Under the pieces are notes generated by a model. That model did no database searches and had not been told where the DNA came from. It saw nothing but the letters and a program-made list of their open reading frames with translations. DNA of 63,395 nucleotides, filler included. It is 5 parts of 5 records of this genome, joined end to end, with 100 filler letters (N's around TTAATTAATTAA, not from the genome) between each part and the next. Parts side by side here need not be neighbours in the genome. Positions count along the whole stretch, not along the records: positions 38,144 to 54,351 come from SRR31156797_3269; positions 54,452 to 63,395 come from SRR31156797_3301; 3 more parts are not named here. One strand, given 5' to 3'. The translations under genes and the position numbers were made by a program. Of the stretch, positions 46,267 to 56,704 are shown piece by piece (the stretch's first letter is position 1; the number at the start of each line of letters is the position of its first letter).

Positions 46267-48302
46267 GGATAGGAGTACCCTATTATCCGGAGCACTGGGG
46301 AGCCGAAAGGCTCGCCGAGGATATCGACCTGATGCGGGAGGCGGGAGTCTCCATGGTCAGGATGGGAGAGTTCGGCTGGGCTATGATGGAGCCCGAAGAG
46401 GGGCGTTATGATTTTCAATGGCTGCTTCAGGCTGTAGAGGCCTTTCATGCCACCGGAATCGCCGTGATCCTCTGCACGCCGACGGCCTGTTACCCGCCCT
46501 GGCTGAAGGAGAAATACCCCGACATCCATCAACGTTTCTCTGACGGTTCCCTCAAGCACTGGGGACAGAGACAGGACGCCTGTCTCAACCATGGGGGATA
46601 CAGAAAAGCCGCTCTGGCTATAACGGAGAAGATGAGCTCTTTCTTCGGGAACCATCCCGCCGTATACGCGTGGCAGATCGATAATGAACTGGGCTGCCAC
46701 GACACCCATATGTGCTGGTGCGACCACTGCCGCAGGGCCTTCGGAGTCTGGCTTGAAAAGAAATTCGAAGGGAATATCGCAGGGCTGAACCGCGCCTGGG
46801 GTACGGTCTTCTGGAGTCAGAGCTATGACTCCTTTCATCAGATCGAGCCCCCCAGGGATACGGTGGACTGTCGGTCGACGGCCGGTCAGAATCCGGGACT
46901 GAGTCTGGACTTCTACCGCTTCAGCTCGGACACTCAAATCGATTTCCTTGAAGAGCAGACCTTCCTGTTGAGGCGGAACTCTCCCTCCCCTCTGATCACC
47001 CATAACTTTGTGGGCGGCTTCACGGGGATAGATTATTTCAGGATGGCAAAAAATCTGGATGTGGTTTCATGGGATAATTACCCCTTCTTCGAATTGAGGG
47101 GAGAGCCCAGGAAACCCTCCTCCCTGAACCAGGATCTGAACCGGGGCTTCAAACACCAGAACGTCTGGGTTATGGAACAGGCCGCCGGGGGAGGGGGCTG
47201 GACGACCTTCCATCCCTCTCCTGAGCCAGGGCAGATGCGCCTCTGGGCCTGGCAGTCCGCCGCCAGAGGAGCCGACTTTGTCTGCTTCTTCCGCTGGAGA
47301 ACCTCCCGCTGGGGGGCCGAGCAGTACTGGCATGGGATCCTGGATCACCACGGTGTTCCCGGCAGACGCTACCGGGAGCTTGGACGAATCGGAGAGGAAT
47401 TCGGCCGCCTGAGTGCGGAACTGGAGGGGACGAAGGTTCATGCGGATGCGGCCGTCCTTTATGATTATAACAGTCTCTGGGCACTGGAGATCCAGCCCCA
47501 TGTTGAAGGGGACCAGGCTCTTGATTTCAGTGATCTCTGCCGCCGTTGGACAGAGGCCCTTGACGGGCTGGGGATCACGGCGGATATAGTTTCATCCGAG
47601 GATGACCTTTCCGCGTATCCGCTGCTGATCGCCCCGACTCTCCATGTCTGCACGGATGAGTTGGCCCTTAAACTGCGGGGCTATGCTGAATCGGGAGGGT
47701 GCCTTGTCGCGGGTTTGAGGACCGCAGCCAAGACCATTGATAACGCTGTCAGTGCTGAAGTTCTTCCCGGCGGGATTCTGACTGGGCTCTTTGGTATTGA
47801 GGTGGAAGAGTATGATGCCTTCGGCGCTGTACCAGGCTCTCCCGTGTCATTACTGGATAGGTCGGGGAAGAGTTATAATGCAGCGTCTTTGGCAGAGATC
47901 CTCACTCTTCAGGATAACAGTGAGCCTCTGATGTACTATCAGGGTCGTTATTACAGCGGGAAAACGGCAGTGAGCTTACGGGCTGCCGGAACGGGCTGGA
48001 GCTGCTACGTCGGGACGGTTCCCGATGAGCCGGGCTGCCGGTTCATCTTGGAAACGCTCCTTCCCAAGGCGGGCCTCCGCTCCGCCTCCCGGGAAAATGA
48101 GAGCCTGGAGATCGTAGCCAGGGTCAGGGAGGGGCAGGTCTTCCGCTTCTATCTGAACCACTCTCATGCTCCTCAGGAGATCGCCCTTCTCTGCGGCGGC
48201 AGGGAGCTGATCTCCGGACGGGAGCTTCATGATCTTATCAGCCTGGAAGCCTTTGGCGTTGCCGTTGTGAAGGAGACGGGCAAGGAGCCAGCTCTTTCTT
48301 GA
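46263..48302 (+). CDS. GH42 beta-galactosidase
   Basis: YYPEHW, GEFGW..EP.EG, WQIDNE, WVMEQ, FRWR..GAEQYWHG. Confidence 0.93.
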   Translation: MRIGVPYYPEHWGAERLAEDIDLMREAGVSMVRMGEFGWAMMEPEEGRYDFQWLLQAVEAFHATGIAVILCTPTACYPPWLKEKYPDIHQRFSDGSLKHWGQRQDACLNHGGYRKAALAITEKMSSFFGNHPAVYAWQIDNELGCHDTHMCWCDHCRRAFGVWLEKKFEGNIAGLNRAWGTVFWSQSYDSFHQIEPPRDTVDCRSTAGQNPGLSLDFYRFSSDTQIDFLEEQTFLLRRNSPSPLITHNFVGGFTGIDYFRMAKNLDVVSWDNYPFFELRGEPRKPSSLNQDLNRGFKHQNVWVMEQAAGGGGWTTFHPSPEPGQMRLWAWQSAARGADFVCFFRWRTSRWGAEQYWHGILDHHGVPGRRYRELGRIGEEFGRLSAELEGTKVHADAAVLYDYNSLWALEIQPHVEGDQALDFSDLCRRWTEALDGLGITADIVSSEDDLSAYPLLIAPTLHVCTDELALKLRGYAESGGCLVAGLRTAAKTIDNAVSAEVLPGGILTGLFGIEVEEYDAFGAVPGSPVSLLDRSGKSYNAASLAEILTLQDNSEPLMYYQGRYYSGKTAVSLRAAGTGWSCYVGTVPDEPGCRFILETLLPKAGLRSASRENESLEIVARVREGQVFRFYLNHSHAPQEIALLCGGRELISGRELHDLISLEAFGVAVVKETGKEPALS

Positions 48303-48449
48303 GGACATAAGGATGGTACTATTTTGCGAAAGGGGTAAACTTTTGACATAATAAGAAAGCTGCCTATGACAGGAAGCGACTCTGGCGCCTCCGGGCGGGC
48401 CGGGAGAGAATGGATAATCAAACAATAAACATTTGAAAGGAGTTCTGAA

Positions 48450-49985
48450 ATGAAAAGGTTGTTATTCGTTCTGTTCCTTCTGCCCGCTCTGCTCTTCGCC
48501 AACGGTCAGCAGGAGTCCGGTGAAGGAGAGGGCGTGGAGATCGTTGTTTATAATAACAGCGGCGCCATGAGCGCGGCCCAGGGCGGCGCCTCCAGCGATC
48601 CCGAGCATGTGGAGTTCGTCAGGAACTATATCAAAGAGAAAACCGGCGTCAATGTTGTCGTCATTCCCCCCGTCGTGGGCCAGGAGGACCAGAAACTCAA
48701 TATGCTGCTGGCCTCCGGCATGCAGCTTGACGCCTTCTGGGGGAACTGGGACCAGTACTACAGCAAGAACGTGATCATGCCCATCAACGATCTGATGGAA
48801 GAGCATGGCACCCATATCCTGAGCCACTGGCCCGAGGCCTCCGTGACGGCCATGAGCGACGCCGACGGCAATCTCTGGGGAATCCCCCGTGTAACCCCCA
48901 CCCTGGGATGCAATCCCTGGGTCAGACGGGACTGGGCCGAGACCCTGGGTGTGAAGTTCCCCGAAACCGTCGCCGAGCTGGAGACCTTTATGGAGGCCGC
49001 CGCCGCGAACAAGGACAAGCTGGCGGGGGACGATACCATCATCATGCTGGCCGAGATCAACGGAAAGCACGGTTCCCAGGGTATCTATCAGACCTTCGTG
49101 GGCGCTTTTACAGAGAACGGTTTTTCCAACTGGATGGACGCCGACGGCAAGCTGAAGCCCTACTACCTCCAGGACGGCTACACGGACTTCCTGAAGACCA
49201 TGAACCGCTGGTACACCAAAGGATATATGTACCCCGAGTTTGCCTCTCTGAACCGCCAGAAGGTGCGGGAGCTGGTTAAGACCGGAAACGTAGCCACCAC
49301 TGCCACCTGGTACTCCAATGTGGCCAACGTCCATTGGGACATGAACCAGACCAATCCCGACGCCGAGTTCATCCTGATCCAGGAGGGAATCGACGGACCC
49401 AAGGGCAAGGCCGAGACCATCAAACCCGCGAACTCTCAGGGAATGCTGATTTCATCCAGAAGCAAGCACCCCGAAGCCGTTGTCAAGGTGATGGATCTGT
49501 TCTACTCCTCTCCCGAGGCCTTCGCCACCTCCCAGAAAGGACCCGAGAATGTGAACTGGGCCTGGGCCGACGAGTCCAGGGGGCTCTACAACCTGCTGAC
49601 AGAGAAGCTGAACTACATCCGGGACTTCGACTTCGCCGTGGGGCTGCCCGCCGCCGCTACCGCCGGTACGGCCAATCCCATGTATGTGAAGGAGAACGAG
49701 GTCTGGGGACTGGCCGGATGCGGTGATAACCCTCCCACCGGTCTGGACCCCTCCCGCGGGAAGATGCCCTTCGATGTGGGGGTGAAGTACGATCCCAACG
49801 TCCTGTCCGATCAGATCGCCGCCTACAACGATATCAAGCGTATGGTCGAGGAAGAGCAGATCAAGTTCATCATCGGCGAGCGCCCTCTGAGCGAGTGGGA
49901 CGCCTTTCTCGGCGAACTCTACGACGCGGGTCTGCAACAGTGGATAGACGTCCATACGGATATCTATAACCAGGCCGTAAACTAG
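48450..49985 (+). CDS. ABC substrate-binding protein (LplA-like, spirochaetal ANGQQE N-terminus)
   Basis: LLFANGQQE; KLNMLLASG; WVRRDW; KFIIGERPLSEWD. Confidence 0.88.
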   Translation: MKRLLFVLFLLPALLFANGQQESGEGEGVEIVVYNNSGAMSAAQGGASSDPEHVEFVRNYIKEKTGVNVVVIPPVVGQEDQKLNMLLASGMQLDAFWGNWDQYYSKNVIMPINDLMEEHGTHILSHWPEASVTAMSDADGNLWGIPRVTPTLGCNPWVRRDWAETLGVKFPETVAELETFMEAAAANKDKLAGDDTIIMLAEINGKHGSQGIYQTFVGAFTENGFSNWMDADGKLKPYYLQDGYTDFLKTMNRWYTKGYMYPEFASLNRQKVRELVKTGNVATTATWYSNVANVHWDMNQTNPDAEFILIQEGIDGPKGKAETIKPANSQGMLISSRSKHPEAVVKVMDLFYSSPEAFATSQKGPENVNWAWADESRGLYNLLTEKLNYIRDFDFAVGLPAAATAGTANPMYVKENEVWGLAGCGDNPPTGLDPSRGKMPFDVGVKYDPNVLSDQIAAYNDIKRMVEEEQIKFIIGERPLSEWDAFLGELYDAGLQQWIDVHTDIYNQAVN

Positions 49986-50003
49986 ATTCCCGACCAGTCT
50001 TAT

Positions 50004-50098
50004 ACCGGTGCCCTGACGGGCTCCGGTCTCGTAACTTCTCAAACGCAAATATGCTTTTTCGCCGCGGCTTCCCGATCTCCCAAATGGGGGGCTGCGGC
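50004..50098 (+). other. Two GC-rich hairpins between SBP and permease genes
   Basis: ACCGGTGCCC-TGAC-GGGCTCCGGT and GCCGCGGCTTCCC...GGGGGGCTGCGGC. Confidence 0.45.
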
Positions 50099-50112
50099 TT
50101 TCGGAGTCATCT

Positions 50113-51030
50113 ATGAAAAAAATCAAAAAAGTAAAGAGCGAGGCGGCGGCCCTCTACTGGATCATGCTTCCGGGGCTGCTCTACTTCTTTCTGTTCCGTT
50201 ACGTCCCCCTCCTGGGGACGATCGTCGCCTTCAAGGATGTCGCTCCCTTCGAGGGCCTGGAGGCCATGTTCACGGCACCCTGGGTGGGGCTGAAACATTT
50301 TAAAAAGTTCATCTCATCCATCTTCTTCTGGAACATCATGGGGAACACCTTCGCCCTGGCGGGCCTGAGGATGATCTTCGAGTTCGGTCTGCCCATCTTG
50401 GTGGCCCTTATGATCAATGAGATCCGCCTGTTGAAATTCAAAAAGGCGGTACAGACCATCTCCTACCTTCCCTATTTCATCTCCAACGTCGTTCTGGCGG
50501 GGATGGTATTCAATATCCTCTCCCTTCACGGGGGACTGATCCCCGAGATCATCCGCTTCTTCGGCGGCCAGCCCGAGTATTACGTAGGCAAGGCCGGAAC
50601 CTTCCGCCCCGTCCTTGTGGCGGCCATCGTCTGGAAGAACCTTGGGTGGGGGACCATTCTCTATCTGGCCGCTCTGAGCGGGATCGATCCCCAGCTCTAC
50701 GAGGCCGCTGAGATTGACGGGGCCAACCGCTGGCAGCAGACGGTGAGGATCACCCTGCCCAGCATTAGCTACGCGGTGGTGATCATGTTCCTCCTCAGGA
50801 TCTCGGTCGTTCTGAACCAGGGCTACGAAGAGACCCTTCTCCTCTACAGCCCTCCTGTCTACAAGACGGCGGACATCATAGACACCTATGTCTTCCGTGT
50901 CGGTCTGGAAGAGATGAACTTCTCCTTCGCCACCGCCGTAGGGCTCTTCAAGTCCCTGCTGGCTCTGGCCCTGGTGGGCCTGTCCAACTGGACGACGAAA
51001 AAGATGGGGCAGGACAGCCTCTATTCCTAG
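50113..51030 (+). CDS. ABC permease (LplB-like)
   Basis: PWVGLKHF, QTISYLPYFIS, IDPQLYEAAEIDGA, ATAVGLFKS. Confidence 0.93.
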   Translation: MKKIKKVKSEAAALYWIMLPGLLYFFLFRYVPLLGTIVAFKDVAPFEGLEAMFTAPWVGLKHFKKFISSIFFWNIMGNTFALAGLRMIFEFGLPILVALMINEIRLLKFKKAVQTISYLPYFISNVVLAGMVFNILSLHGGLIPEIIRFFGGQPEYYVGKAGTFRPVLVAAIVWKNLGWGTILYLAALSGIDPQLYEAAEIDGANRWQQTVRITLPSISYAVVIMFLLRISVVLNQGYEETLLLYSPPVYKTADIIDTYVFRVGLEEMNFSFATAVGLFKSLLALALVGLSNWTTKKMGQDSLYS

Positions 51031-51039
51031 GAGCGTATA

Positions 51040-51918
51040 ATGAGTTACAGATTTCCCACCGCCGGCGAGCGGTGCTTCCGATTCGTCAATGCGGGACTGC
51101 TGATCCTTATGTCTCTGCTTTTCCTTATCCCCTTTCTGACGGTGCTGATGACCAGCTTCGTTTCCGAGCAGGAGTACCTGGCCAGGGGCCCTTTTATCCT
51201 TTTCCCTCAGAAGATCGACCTGGGGGCCTACAAGATGCTTCTCTTTCAGGGTGACGCCGTACTGAAGGCCTATTGGATCACCATCGCCAGGACGGTTCTG
51301 GGGACGGCGCTTCAGGTTCTGGCCACCAGCCTTCTGGCCTACGGCCTGAGCAAGCCCTGGCTACCCGGTCGCAAAATCATCATCTCCGCCCTGGTCCTGT
51401 GCATCGTGTTTCCGGTGCAGATCATACCCCTGTTTCTGATGAACAAGAGCCTGGGGCTGATCGACTCCTTCTGGTCTCTTATCTGGCCCCGTCTGATCAA
51501 TACCCAGTACGTCTTTATCATGATGGCTTTTTTCCGTCAGATCCCCGAGAGCCTGGAGGAGTCGGCCCGGCTGGACGGCTGCAAGGTTCATCAGGTCTTC
51601 TTCCGGATCATCCTGCCTTTGAGCCTGCCTTCCCTGGTAACCATCGGCATGTTCTACGCCGTCTGGCAGTGGAACGACTGGTTTGACGCGGCCATGTTCC
51701 TTATCTCTCAGGACAAGCTGCCCGTGCAGAACCTGATGCGGACCATCCTGCTCTCCTCCTCCATGAGCGAGGTCATCACCACCGGCCAGACTCCCCCTCC
51801 CGGCGAAGCCATCAAGGGGGCTATGATCGTGATCTCCACCCTCCCGATACTTATGGGCTATCCCTACATCCAGAAATATTTCGTAAAGGGGATGATGATA
51901 GGCTCTGTTAAGGGGTAG
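51040..51918 (+). CDS. ABC permease (LplC-like)
   Basis: IPESLEESARLDG, YAVWQWNDWF, YPYIQKYFVKG. Confidence 0.93.
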   Translation: MSYRFPTAGERCFRFVNAGLLILMSLLFLIPFLTVLMTSFVSEQEYLARGPFILFPQKIDLGAYKMLLFQGDAVLKAYWITIARTVLGTALQVLATSLLAYGLSKPWLPGRKIIISALVLCIVFPVQIIPLFLMNKSLGLIDSFWSLIWPRLINTQYVFIMMAFFRQIPESLEESARLDGCKVHQVFFRIILPLSLPSLVTIGMFYAVWQWNDWFDAAMFLISQDKLPVQNLMRTILLSSSMSEVITTGQTPPPGEAIKGAMIVISTLPILMGYPYIQKYFVKGMMIGSVKG

Positions 51919-51958
51919 AATTAAGATCCGGAGGGCCCGGACTCCGGGATGAGGGCGC

Positions 51959-54166
51959 ATGAAGAAGCATTACTATGTCAGAATACTCTTTTTTCTCTCC
52001 CTGGCATCTCTCCTTCCCGTCCTGGGGTTGGGTACAGCTCTTATTCGAAGCAATGAGGCCCTGATCAGCCGTTCCGGCGAGGCCGCCGCCCTCCACTCCC
52101 TGAAGCAGATCTCTTCTACCACGGAGATGGTCTTCAAGAGCATCGACGATACGATCCTCCTCTTTCGACAGAACAGGGCCTTCAGGAGCTACGAGGGATT
52201 TCCCGACAAGGAGTACTTCCGAAACTTCCAGTCCCATTACAATCTGGAAAGGATAGAAGAGTATTCCGCCTTTCTGGATCTCAGGGCCGAGATAAACCGG
52301 AGCCTTGAGCAGCTGGCCGTGACCCGGGAGTATATCCGCTCGGTCTACTACTTCGACAGCGACTCCCGTGAGGTCTTCTCTCTGGAGTATATCCCCACGC
52401 CCATTCAGGCCTTTCCCCACAGGGAGTGGTACGATGAGCTTCAGGGCCTGCGGGAACCGACGGTGTTCGGCCCCGTTCTCAACAGCAAGCGTCAGAAGGT
52501 GCTCTATCTGATATACCCCGAGTCCATCGGAAGCTCCTCCGTGTTTATCGTGGATGTGGACCTCAACGGGCTCTATGCCTTCCTTTCCAGGCGCGCAGCC
52601 CCTGAGGATACGGATATGTTCTTTGTGCTCCGTCCGGGAGGCAATCCCCTGATCTACGATCCCTCCAGGGAGAGGGAGGTCTACGCCCTGGCCTGGAACG
52701 ACGGAACCCGGGAGGACGGTCTCAGAACGCTGCGTGACGGAGACAGAACCTTTCTCCTCAGCTCCTACAGGAGCCGCCTTTCGGGGCTGAGCTTCAACGC
52801 CCTTCTCGATAAGAGCGAATTTTCCCGTATCCTGAATGGAAACAGACGCTTCCTCCTCTTCCTCGCTCTGCCTCTGTTCACCCTCAACATCCTGCTTCTT
52901 TTTCTATTGGGCAGGATGCTTTATTCTCCCATTAATCGTCTTGTAGGCGCCGTGGGCGACGAGGGGGTCGAAAACCTTAGTGCCCTGGAGTCCTGGATCG
53001 GGCGCTCCGTATCGACCATGAAGCGGAACGAGCGGCTTCTGGAGGAGACGGCGCCGGTGGTCCGCCTCAGCTATCTGAGCGCCCTTCTGGACGGGGACGA
53101 CTGGGAGAGACATCCCCCGGAGCTGCCCTTCGGCGGAGGCGAACTTCGCATCCTCTGCGGCTTTTTCGATCAGCCTGGGACAAAGGGGATGGAGGCGCTC
53201 CGCCAGTGGGGACGATCTCAGGGGAAGAGCCTCTGTTTTTCAAGGGAAGGTCTGATCGTCCTGATTCTGGAAGAGGGGAAGATGAGTTACGAAGACTTCT
53301 GCCTTGAAACGGAGCGCTTTACCGGGGAGCTCTATGAAAGGGATTCGATACGCCTCTACATTGCCGTTTCGGAGCGGAACTGGCCCCTGTCCCTGCTGAA
53401 CCGGGGCTATGAGGAGGTTCTGGTCAAGCTGAAAGACTGGCTCAAATACCCCTGGGGGAGTCCTTTGCAGCTCCTGGGAAGCGGGGCGACGGGCCCTGGA
53501 GAGCTCCTGATCCTTCCCGAAGGCTTCTGCGTCCGTCTGCTGGACGCCCTGAAGGGAGAGAAGGACTACAAACCCCTTCTTAAGGAGCAGTTCGAGAGGA
53601 TAGACCTGAGCGTCCATTCCGCCTCCGAGGCGCATTACTTCTACGTTCATATCCTCAGTGCCATCCTGCTGCGCCTGAGCGACAGGGGCCTGGATTACTA
53701 TACCTCCTCCTCCCAGGGAGAGGAGCTGTTCGTTTCCCTGGTAAACCTGAAAACCCGGGACGCCGTGGAGGCCTGGTTCCATGCCCTTTGCGAGGATCTC
53801 GCCCAGAGGCTGAGAGGGCAGGGCAGCCGGATCTCGGGGGAGCGTTATATCCGTCAGGCGGAGGTCCTTATCGAGGAGTCCCTGGGGGAGGATCTGACCC
53901 TGGCCTCGGTAGCCGAGGGGATCGGCATATCCTCGTTCTATCTCAGCCGCCTGTTCAAAGAGGTGCGGGACGAGTCTTTCACCCAGTATCTGACGGGGCA
54001 GAGGATGAAGCGGGCGAGGCGGCTCCTGGAGGAAAGAGACAACAAGGTCAAAGATGTCAGCCGCCGGGTGGGCTACTGGAGCAGCAATTACTTTATCAAG
54101 GTGTTCAAGAAGTACTACGGCGTCACTCCGGGGGAGTTTCGAAGCCGTGTGATGAAAGATTCCTGA
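51959..54166 (+). CDS. Membrane-spanning AraC-family regulator (YesS-like)
   Basis: Two TM segments flanking an extracytoplasmic domain; C-terminal YLSRLFKE..VGYWSSNYFIKVFKKYYGVTPGEFR. Confidence 0.88.
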   Translation: MKKHYYVRILFFLSLASLLPVLGLGTALIRSNEALISRSGEAAALHSLKQISSTTEMVFKSIDDTILLFRQNRAFRSYEGFPDKEYFRNFQSHYNLERIEEYSAFLDLRAEINRSLEQLAVTREYIRSVYYFDSDSREVFSLEYIPTPIQAFPHREWYDELQGLREPTVFGPVLNSKRQKVLYLIYPESIGSSSVFIVDVDLNGLYAFLSRRAAPEDTDMFFVLRPGGNPLIYDPSREREVYALAWNDGTREDGLRTLRDGDRTFLLSSYRSRLSGLSFNALLDKSEFSRILNGNRRFLLFLALPLFTLNILLLFLLGRMLYSPINRLVGAVGDEGVENLSALESWIGRSVSTMKRNERLLEETAPVVRLSYLSALLDGDDWERHPPELPFGGGELRILCGFFDQPGTKGMEALRQWGRSQGKSLCFSREGLIVLILEEGKMSYEDFCLETERFTGELYERDSIRLYIAVSERNWPLSLLNRGYEEVLVKLKDWLKYPWGSPLQLLGSGATGPGELLILPEGFCVRLLDALKGEKDYKPLLKEQFERIDLSVHSASEAHYFYVHILSAILLRLSDRGLDYYTSSSQGEELFVSLVNLKTRDAVEAWFHALCEDLAQRLRGQGSRISGERYIRQAEVLIEESLGEDLTLASVAEGIGISSFYLSRLFKEVRDESFTQYLTGQRMKRARRLLEERDNKVKDVSRRVGYWSSNYFIKVFKKYYGVTPGEFRSRVMKDS

Positions 54167-54171
54167 GAGGG

Positions 54172-54351
54172 TTATATCTGTAGCAGATGCTTCGTATATC
54201 CGGCCTCCAATAATTTTCTTCGACAGGCCCGGGAACCTCCTGGGCGGCGTAGTCGGCCACCCTGAGATCGTGGCTGCCCAGCACCAGGATGAGATCCGAT
54301 GGGACGGGGGACTCTCCCATACGGTGGTAGTCCCAGAGAAGGCGGGCCGCC
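54172..54351 (-). pseudogene. YdcF/DUF218-family pseudogene with large internal deletion and frameshift
   Basis: LLWDYHRM..DLILVLGSHDLRVADYAA joined directly to QEVPGPVEENY, then LEAGYTKHLLQI* in another frame. Confidence 0.65.
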
Positions 54352-54451
54352 NNNNNNNNNNNNNNNNNNNNNNNNNNNNNNNNNNNNNNNNNNNNTTAAT
54401 TAATTAANNNNNNNNNNNNNNNNNNNNNNNNNNNNNNNNNNNNNNNNNNNN
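54352..54451. other. Artificial contig linker
   Basis: N44-TTAATTAATTAA-N44. Confidence 0.98.
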
Positions 54452-55361
54452 TACCTTTTTCCACAATGGCGATTTCGGCGCCCCGGTCAATGATGATTTC
54501 CCCCCTAGGGGATTTGGTAAAGGCGATCCAGTGTTTTCGGCTGCACAGGGAAACCGGTTCCGGCAGAAAAAGGGTTCCTTCCCCGTGGCCCGCAAAGAGA
54601 TGTTTTATAATGCAGGGCTTCAGGCCGTTGGCGATAATGGTGGGAACGCCCCCCAAGGCGACTTTTTTGGCGGCCCTGATTTTGCTTCCCATACCGCCCG
54701 TTCCCAGGAATCCCGGTATGGCGCCGGCAAACTGGGTGATTTTTCGATTTACCTTTTCCACCACGGAAATGAGGCGGGCATCTTCGTGATCTCTCGGGTC
54801 TTTATCAAAGAGACCATCGATATTGGTCAGGTTGATCAGGAAATCGGATTCGGACAGGTTTGTCACCATGGCGCTGAGGTTATCATTGTCGCCGAATTTA
54901 AGTTCATCCACAACCACCGTGTCGTTTTCATTGACAATGGGAATAATGTTCCAGGAAAGAAGGGTGAAGATCGTGTTGCGTGCATTCAGATAACGGCGCC
55001 TGTGGGTCAGATCGTCACGGGTTAACAGGACCTGCCCCACGCGATAACCGTGTTGCTCAAAGGCATTTTCCCAGGCCCTGATCAGATCTCCCTGGCCCAC
55101 GGCCGCCGTCGCCTGTTGCTCGGAGACGGAACGGGGTCTGCGGGTCATTCTTAATTTCCTGATGCCTGCCGCAATGGCGCCGGAAGAGACCAGGACCACC
55201 TCCATTCCTGAATTTCTGAGGGCACTGATATCAGCGGTCAGATCATCCATGACGGGCATGTTGAGGCCGTCATCGGCGGTCAGGACACCGCTGCCGATTT
55301 TAATGACAACCCGTTTGACCGATTTCAGCAGGTCTTTTCTGGAATTTATGTTTTCGGGCAT
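54452..55361 (-). CDS. proB: Glutamate 5-kinase (3' end lost at contig edge)
   Basis: VVIKIGSGVL, VSSGAIAAG, PIVNENDTV, FGDNDNLSA, GTGGMGSK; probable ATG 55361. Confidence 0.96.
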
Positions 55362-55380
55362 TTCACTGCACCTTATATCT

Positions 55381-56400
55381 TTATGCCTCATACCCAATTC
55401 CGGATTTCCAGTTTTCAAAAATGAACCGGGTCAAATCTTCAATCCCCTCGCCGGTCAACGCTGAGATACACATGGATTTTGTGCCGATTTTGTCAAGCGC
55501 TTTTCGTAGCGCTTTAATGTCTTTATGCCCTGGATCGCAGAGATCAATTTTATTAATTAACACAAAGTAAGGTTTATGGGCAAGGTCGGTGGAATAGGCC
55601 GACATCTCCTTCCTGAGCATTAAAAAATCACCCAGGATATCCTTTTCCGATGAATGGGTTGCATCCAGTAGGTGCAACAGGAATTGGGTCCGTTCGATAT
55701 GCTTCAAAAAGCGGTGCCCCAGACCGCGACCCAGTCTCGCGCCTTCCACGAGTCCGGGGATATCGGCCACCACCAGGGTCTGCTCATTGTCAAAGGTCAT
55801 GACGCCCAGATTGGGGACCAGCGTAGTGAAAGGGTAACTGCCAACCTTGGGACGGGCCTGGGTGAGGCAGGAGAGAAGCGTCGATTTCCCGGCGTTGGGC
55901 AGGCCCACCAATCCCACATCCGCCAGGAGCTTCAGGGTTAATTTGAGTTTCAGTGTGTTGCCGGGAAGGCCGGGCTGTGCCATGCGTGGCGCCCGGTTGG
56001 TGGATGTGGCAAAATGCTGGTTCCCTCTCCCGCCCTTACCACCGGGAATGAGAACGATTTCCTGCTGATCAAGGACCAGATCGGCCAGTATACGGCCGGA
56101 TTCATGCTCTTCTATGATGGTGCCCACAGGCGTTTCAAGAATACAATCCGCTCCGTTGGCGCCGGATTTATTCTTTCCCTTTCCCGGTTCACCATTTCGA
56201 GCACTCAGATTCCTTTTCGATCTGTAGTCTTCAAGGGTGAAAAGTTTGCGGGTGCTTCTGACGATGACGCTTCCGCCATCTCCCCCGTCCCCGCCGTCCG
56301 GCCCGCCCCTGGGGATGAACTTCTCTCTTCTGAAGCTGACGCAGCCACTTCCCCCGTTTCCGGACCTGGCCGTGATGACGGCTTCATCTAAGAAAAACAT
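55381..56400 (-). CDS. obgE: GTPase ObgE/CgtA
   Basis: SFRREKFIPRGGPDGGDGG, GLPNAGKST, YPFTT, DIPG, NKID. Confidence 0.97.
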   Translation of the reverse strand: MFFLDEAVITARSGNGGSGCVSFRREKFIPRGGPDGGDGGDGGSVIVRSTRKLFTLEDYRSKRNLSARNGEPGKGKNKSGANGADCILETPVGTIIEEHESGRILADLVLDQQEIVLIPGGKGGRGNQHFATSTNRAPRMAQPGLPGNTLKLKLTLKLLADVGLVGLPNAGKSTLLSCLTQARPKVGSYPFTTLVPNLGVMTFDNEQTLVVADIPGLVEGARLGRGLGHRFLKHIERTQFLLHLLDATHSSEKDILGDFLMLRKEMSAYSTDLAHKPYFVLINKIDLCDPGHKDIKALRKALDKIGTKSMCISALTGEGIEDLTRFIFENWKSGIGYEA

Positions 56401-56436
56401 GTCTCAACTCTTTGGGGTAAATGGCGTCTTTGGAAT

Positions 56437-56691
56437 TTATGCGGCGTAAACGCTGACCTTTTTCCGATCTCTGCCCATCCGCTCAAAGGTCACAATGCCG
56501 TCGATCTTGGCAAAGATTGTATAATCTCGACCTAACCCCACATTTTGCCCAGGGTGAATATGGGTTCCCCTTTGCCTGACAATGATGCTTCCGGCATTGA
56601 CGGTTTGCCCCGAATAGCGCTTGATACCCCGCCTCTGGCCGTTACTGTCTCTTCCGTTTCTGGAGCTGCCGCCCGCTTTTTTATGTGACAT
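56437..56691 (-). CDS. rpmA: 50S ribosomal protein L27
   Basis: [24 protein letters not shown]. Confidence 0.98.
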   Translation of the reverse strand: MSHKKAGGSSRNGRDSNGQRRGIKRYSGQTVNAGSIIVRQRGTHIHPGQNVGLGRDYTIFAKIDGIVTFERMGRDRKKVSVYAA

Positions 56692-56704
56692 ATCTTTTTA
56701 CCCC

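Noticed and set aside
38433-54183. Many long antisense or alternate-frame ORFs (e.g. 41593-42495, 46230-47003, 48462-49334)
   Set aside because: Shadow ORFs of high-GC coding genes with no recognisable motifs
16428-54451. Recurrent TTAATTAATTAA motif and abrupt GC shifts suggesting islands or HGT
   Set aside because: Identical 100-bp N-padded six-frame-stop linkers are concatenation artefacts; gene adjacency across them has no biological meaning
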